Sequence record: MK327932.1
DNA length: 64,000 nucleotides
Strand: one strand, 5' to 3'
Source: Escherichia phage vB_EcoM_G2248
Part shown: in pieces, positions 61,324 to 64,000 of the stretch
Layout: the number at the start of each line of letters is the position of its first letter
How positions within the stretch are numbered: the stretch's first letter is position 1
Program-made: the position numbers and the translations under genes
The notes under the pieces: model-generated
What the model was told of the DNA's origin: nothing
Seen by the model: the letters and a program-made list of their open reading frames with translations, nothing else
Databases searched by the model: none

Positions 61324-64000
61324 ATGGCAGATTTACAGAGAATCCAATTTAAAAGAACAAGTACGGCAGGTCGCAAGCCGGATGCGAATATTCTAACTCC
61401 GGGTGAACTTGCTATTAACCTAGCGGATCGAGAACTATATACAAAAGATGACAGCAATAATGTAATTACTTTGGGACAGTTTCGCGGTGAATTGCCATCT
61501 GATGCAAATTTAGATAATTATGGACCTACTGGTAAATTTACTGGCATTTGGTCTAAATCAACTTCAACCAACGCTCAACCAACGCATAAATTCCCAGAAG
61601 AGAATGCTGTAGGTGTATTAGAAGTATTTGTGGCTGGCCAATTTGCTGGTACTCAGCGATATACAACTAGGTACGGTAACGTCTTTATTCGATCTTTGTC
61701 TGCTAAATGGAATGGTGTTGATGGTCCGTGGGGTGTGTGGAGAAATATTCAATCCGGTACTCGTCCATTGTCAACCACAATTGATCTTAATGATCTAGGT
61801 GGCGCGGAACATTTTGGTTTGTGGCGGAATAGTTCAAATACCATTGCTACCTTTGACAGAAATTTCCCAGAAGAAGGATCGTCCGCTCAAGGACTTTTAG
61901 AAGTATATGAAGGTGGAAACTATTCTCGCACACAGAGATATACGACCAGATTTGGTGTTGTTTATACTCGTTGTCTTGCTGCTGCGTGGGATGCTACTGC
62001 TCCTAAATGGGGACCGTGGCAACAAGTCGGTAACGTCACACCAGCGACTTTCTATGACGGAAACCTGAATGATTTTAAAACTCCTGGGTTATATAATATT
62101 TTAGGCACTGATGCCGTTATTAACTGTCCTACAGGTGAAGGTTTGCCGCCTGTTATTGTTGGTTTACTGGAAGTTAAACAGCGTGCTTCCGGTGGTGCTA
62201 TTTTCCAAAAATTTACTACTGCCGGAACGAGTGCAACTACTCGCGGACGTATTTTTGAGCGTGCATATACTGGTGGTGCGTGGGGAGCATGGAACGAAGT
62301 ATATACATCTTATTCTCTGCCAATTACTTTGGGTATGGGTGGTGTTAAATCTCAATTAACAGAGTTAGATTGGCAAACATTTGACTTTATTCCTGGTGGG
62401 ATGTATAGCGTACCGCTGAATAAAGTCAAGAACATGCCAGCAAATATGGATTGGGGAACGATTGACGGTAACTTAATTATGTTATCCGTTGGACCTAGTG
62501 AGCATACCGGAACAGGTCGCACCGTTCAAGTTTGGCGTGGTACTGTGACACAAGCTAACTACCGTTATTTTGTCGTTCGTGTTGCTGGTAATCCGGGAAA
62601 TAGAACTAATACCGTTCGCCGTGTTGTTGTTGAAGATGGTCGCCACACATGGACGGCGCAGCAAGATTTTAATGGCGCTGTTAATTTCGGCGGTTCGACC
62701 GTATTTAAATCAACTACAACATTCAATACAGAAGTTAAATTCCGCTCATCTAATGCATTTAAAATGTACGGCGGTAAATTTGGTACAATTTTCCGTAATG
62801 ATGGTGAAAGTCTTTATATTCTTTCCACCGACGAAGATGATCAAGATGGAAACTTTAACACAAATAGACCTTTCCGGTATCAATTCAAAACTGGTGATGT
62901 TACTTTAGGTGGAACTAGCGGTGCTGATATTTTAAGATTAAAAAGTAGTTCGCTTGCTGCTACCTTTGGTGGTGATGTTAACTTAAGTAAAGGTACATTG
63001 ACGTTTGCAGCTGGTGGTAAGCAATCACGCGATTACTTCCGGTTTAATCATTGGGGTGATAGCAATAACGCTCGTGATAACATTATTCAGTTAGAAGATA
63101 GTAAAGGCGCTCATTTTTCCACTGAACGTACTTTAGCGACGGGTGCAATTAAAACTAAATTCTTTGGTGAAGTTGAATCCGATGGTCGATTGACTATTAA
63201 ACGTCCGGGTGATGCTATTGTATTATCGACTACAGCTAGCAACGCTTTGCATATTCGCGGCGATGTTGATGGAAACAATAACTGGTATATTGGTAAAGGT
63301 GGTGCTGATAATTCACTAGCATTTTATAGCTATGCAACTCAGGCTGGTATACACATCACGAATAATGGCGAGATAGCACTTGCGCCACAAAATTTTAATA
63401 ATGTTAGTATTAGCAAAGACCGCATCTATATCAACGCTACACAGTGGGTTGCTAATCATTCTGGTGCGTGGGATGGGCAATGGCGCGAAGAAGCACCTAT
63501 CTTTGTTGATCAGGGTAGTGTTGGAGAAGATAGCTATTATCCACTTATTAAAGGACATAGCCAGATCACAGGTCAAGGTTATTCTACTAAGGTTGATTTT
63601 GGCTTACGTCGTACTCCCCAAACATGGGGACAAGCTGTTATTCGTGTTGGTTCTGCGGAAAACTCTCCGGCTTCTGGACGCCCTCAAGGAATATTTGAGT
63701 TTCATGCTAACGGAACTTCATATTCTCCTAAAGTTAAAACCGAAGCACTTGCCATCGGTACAGAGTCTATTTGGGGATCGCCACATTTAGTTCTCGGTGA
63801 TAATGACACTGGCTTAATGTGGGGTGGTGATGGACGTATTAACCTGCTTGCTAACGGACAGCATATTGCATCATGGGGTGTTTTCCATCAAGAACATCCT
63901 GGACTATGGTCTGTCGGTGCTGGGTTATGGACAGAAGTCGATAAAGCGATTATTTCTCATGGTCATTTGATTCAGGCGAATGACAACTATTCGACATATG
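61324..64000 (+). CDS. 37: Long tail fibre distal subunit gp37 (3' end outside window)
   Basis: N-terminus aligns with T4 gp37 (MA.L..IQFKR...AG..P.A..L..GELAINL.DR...TKDDS.N); frame is open to the window end (spot-checked at 62101 and 63961). Confidence 0.85.
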   Translation, partial: MADLQRIQFKRTSTAGRKPDANILTPGELAINLADRELYTKDDSNNVITLGQFRGELPSDANLDNYGPTGKFTGIWSKSTSTNAQPTHKFPEENAVGVLEVFVAGQFAGTQRYTTRYGNVFIRSLSAKWNGVDGPWGVWRNIQSGTRPLSTTIDLNDLGGAEHFGLWRNSSNTIATFDRNFPEEGSSAQGLLEVYEGGNYSRTQRYTTRFGVVYTRCLAAAWDATAPKWGPWQQVGNVTPATFYDGNLNDFKTPGLYNILGTDAVINCPTGEGLPPVIVGLLEVKQRASGGAIFQKFTTAGTSATTRGRIFERAYTGGAWGAWNEVYTSYSLPITLGMGGVKSQLTELDWQTFDFIPGGMYSVPLNKVKNMPANMDWGTIDGNLIMLSVGPSEHTGTGRTVQVWRGTVTQANYRYFVVRVAGNPGNRTNTVRRVVVEDGRHTWTAQQDFNGAVNFGGSTVFKSTTTFNTEVKFRSSNAFKMYGGKFGTIFRNDGESLYILSTDEDDQDGNFNTNRPFRYQFKTGDVTLGGTSGADILRLKSSSLAATFGGDVNLSKGTLTFAAGGKQSRDYFRFNHWGDSNNARDNIIQLEDSKGAHFSTERTLATGAIKTKFFGEVESDGRLTIKRPGDAIVLSTTASNALHIRGDVDGNNNWYIGKGGADNSLAFYSYATQAGIHITNNGEIALAPQNFNNVSISKDRIYINATQWVANHSGAWDGQWREEAPIFVDQGSVGEDSYYPLIKGHSQITGQGYSTKVDFGLRRTPQTWGQAVIRVGSAENSPASGRPQGIFEFHANGTSYSPKVKTEALAIGTESIWGSPHLVLGDNDTGLMWGGDGRINLLANGQHIASWGVFHQEHPGLWSVGAGLWTEVDKAIISHGHLIQANDNYSTY

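Overview
The window is a contiguous segment of a T4-like (T-even, Straboviridae) myovirus genome, recognisable from protein sequence and T4 gene order. It runs: 5'-truncated major capsid gene 23, gene 24, two Hoc-like decoration genes, inh-like, uvsW/uvsW.1, uvsY, baseplate genes 25-26-51-27-28-29-48-54, alt plus a second ADP-ribosyltransferase, an ~8 kb hyperplastic block of small early genes on the minus strand (26.3-34.4 kb), then HNH, DNA ligase (30), NADAR-like, 31, cd, pseT, rnlA, denA-like, nrdB, nrdA, td, frd, 32, 59, 33, dsbA, a CYTH-like gene, rnh, and tail-fibre genes 34-35-36 with the start of 37. All calls rest on reading the supplied translations and the DNA by eye; no database search was run, so product names are from recognised T4 homology or motif patterns and novelty claims are untested. 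Late promoters (TATAAATA) and hairpin terminators flank the structural genes. The hyperplastic block is punctuated by about 19 repeated early-promoter/stem-loop cassettes (PeSL-like), each sitting directly upstream of a small ORF. The strongest candidates for something undescribed are: (1) a four-gene early operon encoding a DUF262/ParB-like protein, a zinc-finger protein and a compact C5-cytosine-methyltransferase-like protein; (2) a tandem array of seven paralogous small H-x-H-W proteins; (3) a CYTH-like gene between dsbA and rnh; (4) a three-gene late-promoter insertion between genes 23 and 24; (5) a tandem Hoc pair including an 846-aa multi-Ig form.
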